A stretch of DNA of 64,000 nt. Origin: Amoebophrya sp. A120. Its lineage: Eukaryota > Protista > Dinoflagellata. Shown here piece by piece: positions 52,502 through 63,817 of the stretch. The notes beneath the pieces are model-generated. The model did not search any database. It saw nothing but the letters and a program-made list of their open reading frames with translations, and had not been told where the DNA came from. The stretch is taken from positions 6,575,409-6,639,408 of the forward strand of contig CAJINV010000004.1 in assembly GCA_905178155.1 (NCBI GenBank). The letters are read 5' to 3'. Each line of letters starts with the position of its first letter. The first letter of the stretch is position 1. The translations under genes and the position numbers were made by a program.

Positions 52502-54898
52502 ATGCCCTTCGTTTCTCCAGACTACGTGCCTGATCCGCTCTTGGTGGCTGGGAATACGCTCGTACCATCCCCCCCGCTTGGTACAAAGCCGCCAACCTCG
52601 AGAACACGAACTTCTACTGCTTGCACACGACCGCCCACGACCCAGCAGCAGCTGCACAGACAACAGAAAAACGCGCCCCACAGCGGTTTTCTGGACAGAA
52701 CTGTGTTGAGACAGCGCATGCTGCGGAGTTTGGAAGCGCACAGAGCCCACCTTTCAGACCTGGAGCTCTTCTGCATCTCTGTGAGCCTAGGCTTGTGGGA
52801 GATGACGAAGATCATTTCTTTTGGAGATGAAGATGACTACGAAAAATTTTTTACCCCGAACAAGAAGAAGAAGAACATTACCAGCGGCAGTGGGGGAGTA
52901 CAAGAGCACCGGCTGGAAGACCCTGATGAGATCGCCGAGCTGTGGAACTACCGCGAACATGGGAGCAAGACCGCATGTGGACATATTTTGAACGGACGAC
53001 CTACTACTTCCGAATATGATGAAGTACACCAGGTGCAGGCGCCGGAACAAACGGAGAACAAGAGAAAAAAACGGAAAAAAATCACGAGACAAGTGGTCCT
53101 GGAGTCGATCCGCACCGGGTTGTATGAAATGTAAAAATGTCTGGGTCTGGAAGAATGCGCGATTTGTCATGCAGCTTTTCCATGACCCGTGAGGTCTGGA
53201 ATGCAGGACCTAGCATGACAGATTCTGCGTGATCTCTCTCATGCCTCTCCTGCATGAGAAACTCCCTCCCGACTTGGTCAAAACTGGACGACTTTTGGTA
53301 ATCATGCAACACAGATTTTTGCATGCTTCAGATTTAGCATGACAAGTCCCATTCTTCCAGACCCAGACATTTTTACATTTGATAGGTTGCGCAAAATCCC
53401 GATCCAGGTGGCTTGCGACGTGGTCGATATGCAGGAGGTATCAAATGTAAAAATGTCTGGGTCTGGAAGATTCTGAGACTTGTCATGCATGTTTTGCATG
53501 ACCCAGGACGTCCGTAATGCGCGACCTAGCATCACAGATTTCTAGAGGGCTTCCTGATGCCTACTCCGCATGACAAACGCCCTCCCCGCGTAGCACAAAC
53601 TAGAATCCTCTTGGTGGTCATGCAATACAGAATTTCTTAGAGTCCGAAGTTAGCATCACAAGTTCCATCCTCCCAGACCCAGACACTTTTGCATTTGAGA
53701 GGAGGGAGACTACCGTGAATACTGCCAAAACACGATCTTGTACGAGGACACACAGCTCCTGTGTATGAACAAGCCTTCGGGCAAGCGGGTGACGCCCTTC
53801 CACCGACTAGCGTCCACCGACAGCTGTCAGAACGAGATGCTGGCGTACGTGACAAGGGAGCTCTCTTGCTGGAAGAGGACGACAGGGGATGATGTGTCGA
53901 AAATCATGGAGCCGAGCTGCACAACGGGAGTTGTAGAATCGCAACACCGAGAAGAAGCTGTGCTGGGTAACAACAAGACCACGACAGTTCTACCCACCGT
54001 CCCCAGTCCGCTGCACCGGCTGGACGTGCACACATCGGGGGTCCTGCTGTTTGCGAAGCACGGCGAAGCGGCCAAGCAATTTGGGAACCAGGAGTTTTGG
54101 GCCGGACGCACGAGAAAGCGGTACTTGGCGATTGTCAGAATTGTGTCTGAGGAGCTGCTGCTGGTGGAGAAAAAGGAAAAGCACTTCTTCGTGAAGATTT
54201 CCGAGCCCCTGGATGGGAAGGCAGCGGTAACGGGAGTGGAGGTGCTGGACCAAGTAGTTTTTCCTCGTCGGACAGGAAACAATAGAGAACATGACCAAGA
54301 GAATGACAACAAGAACGACGCAATACAAGAGGAACCAGGCTCTTTCTACAACTACGCCCTGGTGTGCTGCGAGCTACTCCAAGGCGGGCGCACGCACCAA
54401 ATCCGCAGACACTGCGCGCGGCTGGGTATGCCTTTACTGCATGATCGCGAGTACCAAGCGGGCTCGACGGAGAAAGTTGGTTGTTCCACCGGCGTCCAGG
54501 ATCATGTCGTCGCCGGGTTGAGGACTAGCGAGACCCCCTTGGAACAGCAGGATCAAAAACAAGAAGTAGCAGCTCATTCTGGAAGTAGCAATGTGGAGAA
54601 TTATCCGGACCGCGAAGCCGAGAGCGATAGTTTTCCGAGCGTAGCTGGCCAAACTTCCAAGCAGTTTTTCTTGCACGCATGGAAACTGGATCTCGGGACG
54701 ACTAGAACTTTTCCTGCATCGGGTGACAACAGTTCCTCGGAAAATCAAAATGATCCGTTGACATCTTCACCGGGTGACCACTTGCTTGTTGACAACGAGA
54801 ACGACCCCCGATTTCCGATATCCATTGAAGCGCCCTTGCCAAGCCGGTTCCAACAAGAGTTAGAGGCGCTGGGACTCAAGAACCCCATTTCAACTTGA
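52502..54898 (+). CDS. RluA/RPUSD-family pseudouridine synthase; 2 introners; start uncertain
   Basis: ILYEDTQLLCMNKPSG, catalytic HRLDVHTSG, GRTHQIRRH, FFLHAW. Confidence 0.88.
53123..53384. mobile_element. Introner, family A, 262-bp subfamily
   Basis: DR ggttg/ggttg; very similar to 12493-12754 and 29893-30154. Confidence 0.94.
53439..53700. mobile_element. Introner, family A
   Basis: DR ggagg/ggagg; removal gives DMQEGDYREY. Confidence 0.92.
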
Positions 54899-55424
54899 CG
54901 AGAAACTGTAGGGAATTTAAGGATTTCAGTATCAGTATCCCTTTTGTTCCGATAAAGGCAAAGCAAGCGACACGACGACATCTACCAGTATCCATTGTTT
55001 ATGGCGATTGAGATTCACATCGTGACAAAATGAGCAACTTTGCGAACCATGAGCATGACGAGCTTGCTCAAGTGACTTCGTTCTTGTAGTGAGAGAAGGT
55101 ACTACTTTCTTATGAGGGGCCCGGCAATCGGAATCGCATTCGCAGGTTCATCGGAAAGCTGAGAATCGATATTGAGTGTGAGTGGAAAAAGACGAACGCT
55201 TCGTGGTGTCCGTGTCAAAGTTCTGTGTCAAAGTTCTATTTGTCAAAATTGATCGCAGCGTGGGGCACCGGTCCGTGAGTGCTGGTCGTTGTGAAGCAAC
55301 TATTCGGTAGCTCCTCTGTGTGGCTTGTGGTATATTTCTCTTCGATCATCAGACGTGTCGCATTTATGGGTGTTTACCGCGATTGCAACGCGATGGTCTA
55401 GAACTAAAAACGAACTACACCAAG

Positions 55425-58400
55425 ATGATGCGAAAAGATCGGTTTCGTTCCCGGCGGTGGAGCGCCCGCGGCGCGTGGATCATGACGGCCCGCAGCGCGT
55501 GGATCATGGCCTGTATTTGTGTCGCTTTATTTCAGCAGCACGAGCCATCTTTCCTGTGTGCTGTCAACGCTTTACTTCGCGGCCGTGATAGTGCACCGCC
55601 TCCGATAGATACCGCTCCATCGGATGACGCGGCCGTAAAAGCGTCCCTAGAGGACGACGGGCGCATAGAGCTCATACAACGCACGGGCCAGCATCGCGCC
55701 GCCAGTGGTTCTCCGCCCACATCATCATCATCATCATCTCCAGAACGATCGAACGCCACACGGCAGGAACTTTTGTCTCTAGGTGCAGCCGATAGAAATG
55801 ATGTTCCAACTATCCTGAGTAAAAACGTACCCACACCAGAGTCAAGATGAGGACTTTGCAACACAAACCTGGGAGTTTTAGGAGTCACACATGACAAGTT
55901 GCACTATGCAGTGTAGTGCAGGTTAGCAAGTGCAGCCGCATCACAGATTCATCTGCTCATCCTGTTCACAGCATCACAAATTCCAAAACACAATTGGAAA
56001 TGGCTCTCATGGGGATGCGCATTACAAGTCTTCCTGTCTTTACAAATCTGCATTACAACTCTGGTGTGGGTACGTTGTTACTCAGGATAGTTCTTGATCT
56101 GGCTGGTTTCGCGATCGACGGCAGCCGGGACGCCACCGGCGGCGATGGCCACGCGCCGTCGCCGGAAGGGAAGAAGATGCTCTGCCTGCTGCGGAAGCAC
56201 GTGGAGTTTGGGCCCCACGCGAAGTGGGTCAAAACGCCCGCCTCGCTGCGGCACTACGACGAGGGGCAGACGAAGGAGCTTGTGCCGCCGCTTACCGACA
56301 AGACGTGCGCGGTCGTGTCGAACTCCGGGGCACTGCTGAATCACGAGTACGGCGCCGAGATTGACCAGCACGACTTTGTATCGAATGCAAATATGTAGTC
56401 TGGGACTGGGTCTGGAAGAGTGGAAGATTTGTCATGCACGTTTTCCATGATCGATGAGGTCTGTAATGCATGGTCTAGCATCACAGATTTTGAGAGGGCT
56501 TCCTGATGCCGCTTCCGCATGAGAAATGCCCTCCCCGCGTAGCACAGACTGGACTCTTCTTGCAGGGCATGCAATACAGTTTTTTTTCGAATCCGAAGAC
56601 AGCATCACAAGTTACAACCTTCCAGACCCAGAGAGTTTTGCATTTGATACTTTGTCGTGCGCATGAACAGCGCGCCGACCGACGGGTGGGAAAAGCACGT
56701 GGGGGGAAAACAGGACGTGTATGTCGGCATCAAGGACGTTCTGCAGGAGATTTGCGCGGGACCGGAGGCGCTGCAACAAGCGCACTACCTGCGCAGGGGG
56801 TCCGTCGCCTGGGAGTGGGACCGCTTGCAGGCCACGCGAAAACTGCGGCTGGCGCAGCAAAAGCCGGAGGTCCTTCTGCGCCCTGATGCTGATGCTGAAA
56901 ATAACGGCGACAGCAAAGATGTTGGGGCAGATGAGCAGGAGGGGAACAAGATTCTTGCAACAAACACAACGACCTCCAAGTCCGAGGAAAAAGATGGTGC
57001 GGAGGTCGGGCAAGGGCAGCACGAGAAAATAATTCTGACCGAGCATGGTCTTCCACGACCGTCATCTTCAACCGTCGCTCCAACTGGTTCGTCCACCCCA
57101 CGTATCCTGAGTAAAAACGTACCCACACCAGAGTCAAGATGGGGATTTTGCAACACAAACCTAGGAGTTTTGTGAGTCACGCATCACAAGTTGCAGTCCG
57201 TAGTGTAGTGCAGGTTCGCAAGGCCAGCTGCATCAGAAATCCATCTGCTCATCCTGTTTACAGCATTACAAATTCCAAAAGACGATTGGAAATGGCTCTC
57301 ATGTGGATGCGCATTACAGGTCTTCCTGTCTTTGCAAATCTGCATTACAACTCTGGTGTGGGTACCTTTTTACTCAGGATACCACGACCTCCTTCGTCAC
57401 AGTTTTACACCCACGACGCCGAAGAAGACTTTTCTGATGATATCAAAATGAAAAATTTCCCCTCCCCATATTGAAAAGCTATGTTTTCGAAAATTTGTGT
57501 TGCTGATTTGAGGTCACAAATCACACGTGTCTTGCAAGACGAAAAGGGCAGAAGCTTCGGCCCCATTATGGAAGCGATTTGTCATGCTGTCGGGCTTAAA
57601 GGGGAGTCGTTTGCCATGCTGAACAACTAGACCCATACACCCCTGCCTAGCCTGGGGATCTGGCCGCAGTGCCTTCCTGCAATACAAAGCTGATTCGTGT
57701 ACACAAATCCAGCATCAGAAATTTCGTTTTGATATGGGGAGGGGGGATTTTTCGTTGCAATAGATGAGAAGGGTCACAGTACACCTACAAGCAAGGCAAG
57801 GGACGACGTGGAAGGGGGTGTTTTATTTCCTTGGTCGATTTCTTCCCCGTGGTCGTCGGCGATGGAGGTTGTGCAACAAGGAAGTAGAGCTGCGGAGGGT
57901 AAAAATGTTCCTCCATCGCGCACCTCTCCACAACCTGCGGCAACCACGACCAGCGTCCTCTCGTCCTCACATCAGGACTACAACAAGCGCGTACAGGCAG
58001 TTTTGCAGGAAACAAGCAAAGACAATTATGGGAAAACAAGTAAGGCAATTTACGTCGAAATGTTGGATCCAAAGGAAACAGAACAGCTCGTGCCCCGATG
58101 CGCCAGGAACAACATCACCCTGAAGGCCTTTGCGAATCTCGGGCATGGCGTCACCCGAAACATAGATCCCGAGCTTTCTGCGTTGCTCGCCGCCATGTAT
58201 CCAGCTGCTCCTGTACCGGAAGGAGGGACGCGAGGTGGTCGTGGGTTTACTAGTGCAACAGGTGGAGGTACTACAACTACAAATAGTACAACAGCAACAG
58301 TGGCGTTGTCTACAACTGGGACAACAACTTCGATGAATAAAACAATCAAACAGCCTGCTTCAACATCACTTTCTCCTGCTGCGGGTGGTCTGCGACTCCC

Positions 58401-60718
58401 GGGACTACCGAGCCTCGCAACCACTACGGGGTTCCGTGCGGTGGTCCTGATGGCGGCACATTGCAAGCATGTGGACTTGTACGAAATGGCGCCGAGCCGC
58501 GCCGCGGTGAACAGAAATAAATACCAGTACTTCAAGAACCGGTGTTGCGGCGCCAAGGACCTGGAGCGGATCGAGGCCGCTGTCAAGTTGTACGCCGGAG
58601 ATGATCATGATACTCGTCATATCAAAATGAAAAATCCCCCCACCCCATACTCAAACTAGAAATTTGTGATGCAGATTTGTGGTCACAAATCAGCTTTGTC
58701 ATGCTAGAAGGGAAAAGATGTGGACTGTAGTGCTGGTTGGCGTGGGAATAAACCTTTGCGTCTTCAACATAACAAAAAACAACTAAAAGTGGGAAACAGC
58801 ATGACAAATTGCCTGCAACTGAGGCCACAGCTGCGTCTCTTGGCCTTCTAGCATTACAAGTCGATTTGTGTACTCAAATACAGCATCACAGGTTTCGTTT
58901 TCGATATGGGGAGGGGGGATTTCTCCTTTTGATACGTCACGACCGGGGGGCTTCGATGGGAGATGAAGCCTCACGTCCACCAGTTCTTCAGTCAGCGATA
59001 GTACAACAACTCGTATCCTGAGTAAAAACGTACCCACACCAGAGTTGTCATGCAAACCTGCATGCCAAAAAGGTTTGTCATGCGGAGCGCCATGAGAGGC
59101 ATTGTCTAGTCGTGTTTTGGAATTTGTGATGCTACAATCAGCATGATATACTAGATCTGTGATGCTGCTGAACTACCTAAACAGGATTACACTACGAAGA
59201 CGAACTTGTCATGCCAAACGACCAAAGCTGGCTGATTTGTCTAGCAGATTTGCCATCTTGACTCTGGTGTGGGTACGTTTTTACTCAGGATAACTCGTGA
59301 GTCAACATCAAGGGAGGACCCAAGCGGAGGAAAGAACAGGCAGGAATAAAGCAGGAGAGAATTATAAAGCGCGCTTCTTCAAACGCAGCGGGCAGACCGG
59401 TATGATGACCGCCAGTGACGAAAGCTTCTTCGCAGCCGGCACTACGAAGGACAAGTTCTTGTACGAAGATGGAACGAAAGCTAAAGATGATCTAGATCTT
59501 CTTGGTCAGCGAACAACCAACACAGCAAGTGCAAGAGTACTACCGGGAAAAGAAGAAGACTTTTCCCTTCGAGAGATCGCCGCTCGTCGAGAACAAGAAG
59601 GAGCAGAAGCAGATGAAGAGGACGGTGCTGATATCAAAAGGAAAAATCCCCCCTCCCCATATCAAAAGGAAGTTTCTGATGCAGGATTTGCGTACACAAA
59701 TAAGATTTGTCTTGCTGGAGAGGAATGCAGCCCCGTACTAAGCCTAAGTAGAGAGGTTCTGGCCTAGGCGTCTAGCATGAGAAACTTCCGTGCTGTAGGC
59801 CCATCAGCATCACAAACCGCCTGCACAATGCTGCGGAGCTTGTGGAGTTGCCTTCTTGCAAGACAGACGGGATTTGAGGTCTCAAATCAGCAACGCAAAT
59901 TTCCGGAAACATACCTCTTCGATATGGGGAGGGGGTATTTTTCCTCTTAATAGCTGACACTGCCATGTCAGGTGACTCGCGGTCCACTCTTTCCGACCTC
60001 TCTCGCTCTACAGAAGCGGAGACCTACAAAATGAAGATGCAGAGGACGTCAGCAGGAAAAGAAAAGAACAACAGCGACACAGACACTGAGCACGGACGGC
60101 CGGTGCAACCCCGCGGCACGGTAGAAATCGTAGCCGGCGCAGGACAGGAGCAGGAGCACGACGATGTTGAAGCGTTTCATCTCGAACAGATGGATACGCA
60201 GGACCTGGAACAACATCAACACCGAGCGGGCCGTACCGTGACGGGGCAGCTGCAGTTGGACAGCTACAAGGAACCGGAGCCCTGGGGGACGGGGGCTTTG
60301 CAAAACGATTGGCACTCGCTTATGGCGTAGTTCTCAAACGTTACATTCATCTCAACTGTTACATGGATTTTATTTGTAATGCAAGAACAGCAACAGTGAA
60401 TGAAATGTGAAAGTGGCAAGATTGCAGCTTTCGCATTACAGATTTTCCACAGATTGTGATGCTGTTTAGCCCTTCGAAAATTTGGCATGTTAAGCACACC
60501 TTGATCAAGTGGAGGGTGATGGCAATTTTGCATGACAATTCCGTGTAACAGTTGAGAACGTAGTATCAGTTGAGAATGCCATATCGCTGTACCGCGCCGA
60601 GCACGACTTCTACCGGCGCACCGCCATCACACCGGCGGCCGAGTCCTTCGAAACGGGAAAGGTGCGACTGCCCGGGCTGGCGAGTCTGGACTGTGAGGAG
60701 GAAGAAGACGCGAATTGA
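55425..60718 (+). CDS. GT29 sialyltransferase-like protein (ST6Gal-like C-terminus); 8 introners
   Basis: N-terminal hydrophobic anchor; sialylmotif L CAVVSNSG...IDQHDFVVRMNSAP...VG; motif S TTGFRAVVLMAAHCKHVDLY; VS-like WHSLYRAEH; end GKVRLPGLASLDC. Confidence 0.85.
55811..56089. mobile_element. Introner, family E (279 bp), no recognisable DR
   Basis: TIR tatcctgagtaaaaacgtacccacaccagagt; flanks ccaac/gttct. Confidence 0.9.
56379..56649. mobile_element. Introner, family A, inside sialylmotif L
   Basis: DR ctttg/ctttg; removal gives HDFVVRMNSAP. Confidence 0.93.
57103..57381. mobile_element. Introner, family E (279 bp)
   Basis: TIR tatcctgagtaaaaa(c/g)gtacccacaccagagt; DR ccacg/ccacg. Confidence 0.93.
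57441..57762. mobile_element. Introner, family H (opposite orientation to 50495 and 59632)
   Basis: Ends tatcaaaatgaaaaatttcccctccccata / tatggggaggggggatttttcgttgcaata; DR gatga/gatga. Confidence 0.91.
58620..58934. mobile_element. Introner, family H
   Basis: Ends tatcaaaatgaaaaatcccccc / ggggggatttctccttttgata; DR cgtca/cgtca. Confidence 0.92.
59014..59292. mobile_element. Introner, family E (279 bp, opposite orientation to 55811 and 57103)
   Basis: TIR of about 32 bp, tatcctgagtaaaaacgtacccacaccagagt; DR actcg/actcg. Confidence 0.93.
59632..59952. mobile_element. Introner, family H
   Basis: DR gctga/gctga; removal gives EDGADTAMSGD. Confidence 0.92.
60321..60583. mobile_element. Introner, family I
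   Basis: Ends tatggc...ttctcaa...tctcaactgttaca / tgtaacagttgaga...ttgagaatgccata; DR tcgct/tcgct; removal gives DWHSLYRAEHDF. Confidence 0.88.
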
Positions 60719-62100
60719 TGAAAAATTCAAGGATACTAACTTCTGGGGCGCCGCAGCTACACCCGGGGTTCTTGCACGACTACAATAGCAGGAACAAGAT
60801 CGAGGAGGGACTTTGATTGTGTCTTTCCTCACAGGATGATGTTGCGGTGGAGCAGGAGCGTTCGCGCCTTGATGCGGTGGTGGCTGATGAGGTGCATAAT
60901 CTTGTTGTTTTCCATGATGCTGATCCGGCTTTCCCGACGAAGACCCGTGCTTCCCACTGTAAGAGCCATCCTTCTTTCCACCTTTCCCGCCATGCTCCTT
61001 CGCAGTGCCACCACTCGTCCCTTTGTGCGCCTCCTGCACCGCTGCAGGCGCGCGGTAGGTTCCACCTGCGCCTTTCGGGGCTTGCTGTTGGTGCACACCA
61101 GTGCTCTTTCCACCCTTTTCCGCTGGGGGCCCCGGGGGTGGAGGAGCTCCTTTTGGCACGATAAGTTGGGCGGACTGGTGGTGCACGGGCGGCTGGTGTG
61201 GCGGAGGGTGTTGATGATGATGTCCTCCAGCTGGTGCGCCCTTCACGGCCGAGAACTGGCCATACGGCCCGCTTCCCTTTGGCGGAGGGCCTCCGGACGG
61301 CGCTGCTGGCCCCTTAATCGGCCCGTAGCCCGTGTCTTTCATGCGAAAGGTGCCGCCCATGTTGACGGATTGGGTCGTTGGTTTCCCACCCGGGGGATGG
61401 TGTTGGTGGTTTTTGTCGTTACTTGGTGGATGCTGATGTCCTCCATGTCCTCCGGTTGGGCCGAACCCGAACTGGTTGTTCTTGTTTAAATAAACCGTGC
61501 CAGACGGTGATTTCCCGATACTATACCCTTTGCTCTCGGGAACAGGAGGCGGTCCGTTCTTGTGACCACCATATTTACCTTTTCCACCATCGTGATACAC
61601 AGTACCGTTCTTGCTGTTGACACCAGGTTTGCCTCCTTTGTAGCTGCCTTTGTTTTTGTCATAGTAGGAGCTGTTCTTGTCGCCTTTGTGATGTGGTTGG
61701 ACAACTTGATGTCCTCCACCATCTTGATGATTATTTTCCCCTCCATCCACCCCTGGTGGCAGTCCCTTCCTGTTTTTCTTCTTCGTTTTCTTCTTTTTCC
61801 TCCTCCACATGGAGGAAAAAGAAGAACTTCCTCGTCCTGCTGGTTGTTTTCCTCGACCACAATCTCGTCACCACCGAAGTACGGCTCCTGTGATAAATAT
61901 GTCGGGTTGTAATTTGTGATTGAAGATGCGCTACCTATAGTTTTATTTTTCTCTTGAAAATATGCATGACAAACACAAACTACAGCACCGCACGTGTATT
62001 GAAAACATGAATGACAAACGGCAAATTTTTTCCATACCTCGCTTTCCTCCAAGTCGCTCGGGAGATCATCCGGCGGGTTGTTCTGCTCGATCACAGACAT
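60566..62100 (-). CDS. G/H/P/K/Q-rich low-complexity protein on the minus strand; ends and exon structure uncertain
   Basis: 414-aa ORF 60566-61810 plus an acidic upstream segment with a probable intron. The ORF 3' tail overlaps the sialyltransferase end and may not be real. Confidence 0.5.
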
Positions 62101-62823
62101 CCTGCCGGTTGATACTTGCCGGTTGGTGTTCTACTTGCGATCGTTGTAAAAAGTGTAGTTCAAAAAATCTTCGCCGCGCGTACTATAATCCTCCTTCACA
62201 ACACGAATACGCCGCTTTTACGTTGGTTTAGTTCGAAACAATTTGCTGCTAGCTTTTTCCTTCCGGAGCTCTTTCTTGTTGTAAAAATGAACTTAATGCC
62301 CTGCTTCTTGTAGTAGTTGTAGTCCTTGTGTGTACGTAGAAATCGAAAACAAAATCGTCCAGGCCCCGTAATGTTAACGACAGTGCTTTCTTTTGAAAAC
62401 AGCTGCGTCACTGGGGAAGTAGAGAAAAAAAAACCGCGGAGGTAGTCTTCCTCGGGCTACTGCAGATCGTGATGCCGCGTTCGCCGAAAAAGTTGCACGG
62501 TCTTCACAAATCGCTTCTGCCGAGGATGTTGATGCCGAGGTCGTTTTGGTCGCTAGTACTCACAGTGTGGGCCAACAAGATGTCAGAGTGGTCGCGCTGA
62601 CACTTGTCTAAGGTCCATAGATTGATGCTTCTTGTTCTCAAAAGTGGTACAGCAAGTGTTGTCTCTAGTAGATGTTGGTACTACCACTAGGATGATGAGC
62701 TCGAAAACGATATAGTCCTCGAACTTGTCTCCTCTTCTTGCTGTTTATTGAAGAGTGGTTTGTGTTTCTATCATGCAGGAACAAGATCGAGTTCGAGGAG
62801 GGACTTTGATTGTGTCTTTCCTC
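60788..62823 (+). repeat. Pair of dispersed direct repeats, about 43-49 bp (60788-60830 and 62775-62823)
   Basis: gcaggaacaagatcgag[ttcgag]gagggactttgattgtgtctttcctc at both sites. Confidence 0.85.
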
Positions 62824-63401
62824 CATGAAGAAGAACAATCGACCAGGCCGTGCCTATCGAAGAAAGAAACCCCAGGGCAGGATATAATGTTGAATAGTTG
62901 CTAAGCCTAAGTAGTACTCGTTTTTGTTCTCGTGTCTTAGAACATTCTATTTCTTACTTGCTCGCATTTTTTACCAGAGTCGGAGCTCAGGCAAACGTGA
63001 ATTTTTTGTCGCAGCAGAAGTACCTGCGTGACCGCGTTTTCTTCAAAGTCCTCTGCTCAGAATCGAAGAAGAAATTCCGGGGTTCCACGTGGAACGCGGT
63101 AGAGCGTGCGTGAGACTGAGAATGAGAAATCGGGATTAGAACTTCTGCCTTCGATATATTTCTTCGTTCCTTGCCGTTGCCCCTTCTCGGAAGAAGCAAT
63201 CTGCTTTAGCAAATGCAGCAATATTCGCTGACCTTTCGATTTCGGATACGAGTGCATTATGTCTGCTTTCGCAGGTGACGCGTAGACAATGGACCGACGT
63301 CGGTAGTTGCGAAGACGTTTTAGCCCGACGATATCAAGAAGAGAAACTGTTCTTGTTCACAATATAAAACCATAACCATCAAAAAATAGAAAACCAAGAC
63401 C

Positions 63402-63817
63402 ATGATGAAATCGTCGCTCCTTCTGCTCCCAACGACGAGCCTCCCGCTCACCCTCTTCACCGCTCAACCGGTCGTCACACGGGCAGACCTTCTGCAGCGC
63501 GAGGGGCGAAGTAGTGCTAGTGCAGAAGATGAAACGCATGACGAGAAAACTCAAGGACACCAACCGACGAGCAGCAGCATTCCGGACTAGGGCGCGGGCC
63601 TGTTTCAGTACTTCCGTCCCACAATCTCCTGGGCCGAATACACGGCCCCGTTGGAGAACTTTGCGGCTCTGGAGGTTACAGTCAAGAGCAGCGAACCCGG
63701 CGGCCAGGACGCGCATGGTGGGCCGAAAATTGTCTTCGACAGCGATCTGGACGAGGCGCTCCTTTCCCCCACCGTGAAGGCGAATGCGCAGAATTCCACG
63801 ACGCTGCTGCAGGTCGG
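63402..63817 (+). CDS. 5' part of a gene with a signal-peptide-like start and an in-frame TAG at 63588-63590
   Basis: ORFs 63402 and 63651 share a frame and are followed directly by a family F element. Confidence 0.45.

Noticed and set aside
215-56649. Recurring peptides in the ORF track (YQMQKCLGLE, SNAKMSGSG, IKCKNVWVWK, PDPDIFAFD, FQTQTFLHLI)
   Set aside because: They are six-frame translations of the family A TIR, not a protein repeat or gene family.
55811-60583. Repeats separated by unique sequence, suggesting a CRISPR array
   Set aside because: The repeats are inverted pairs hundreds of bp apart, the unique parts are exons, and no cas genes are present in this eukaryotic context.
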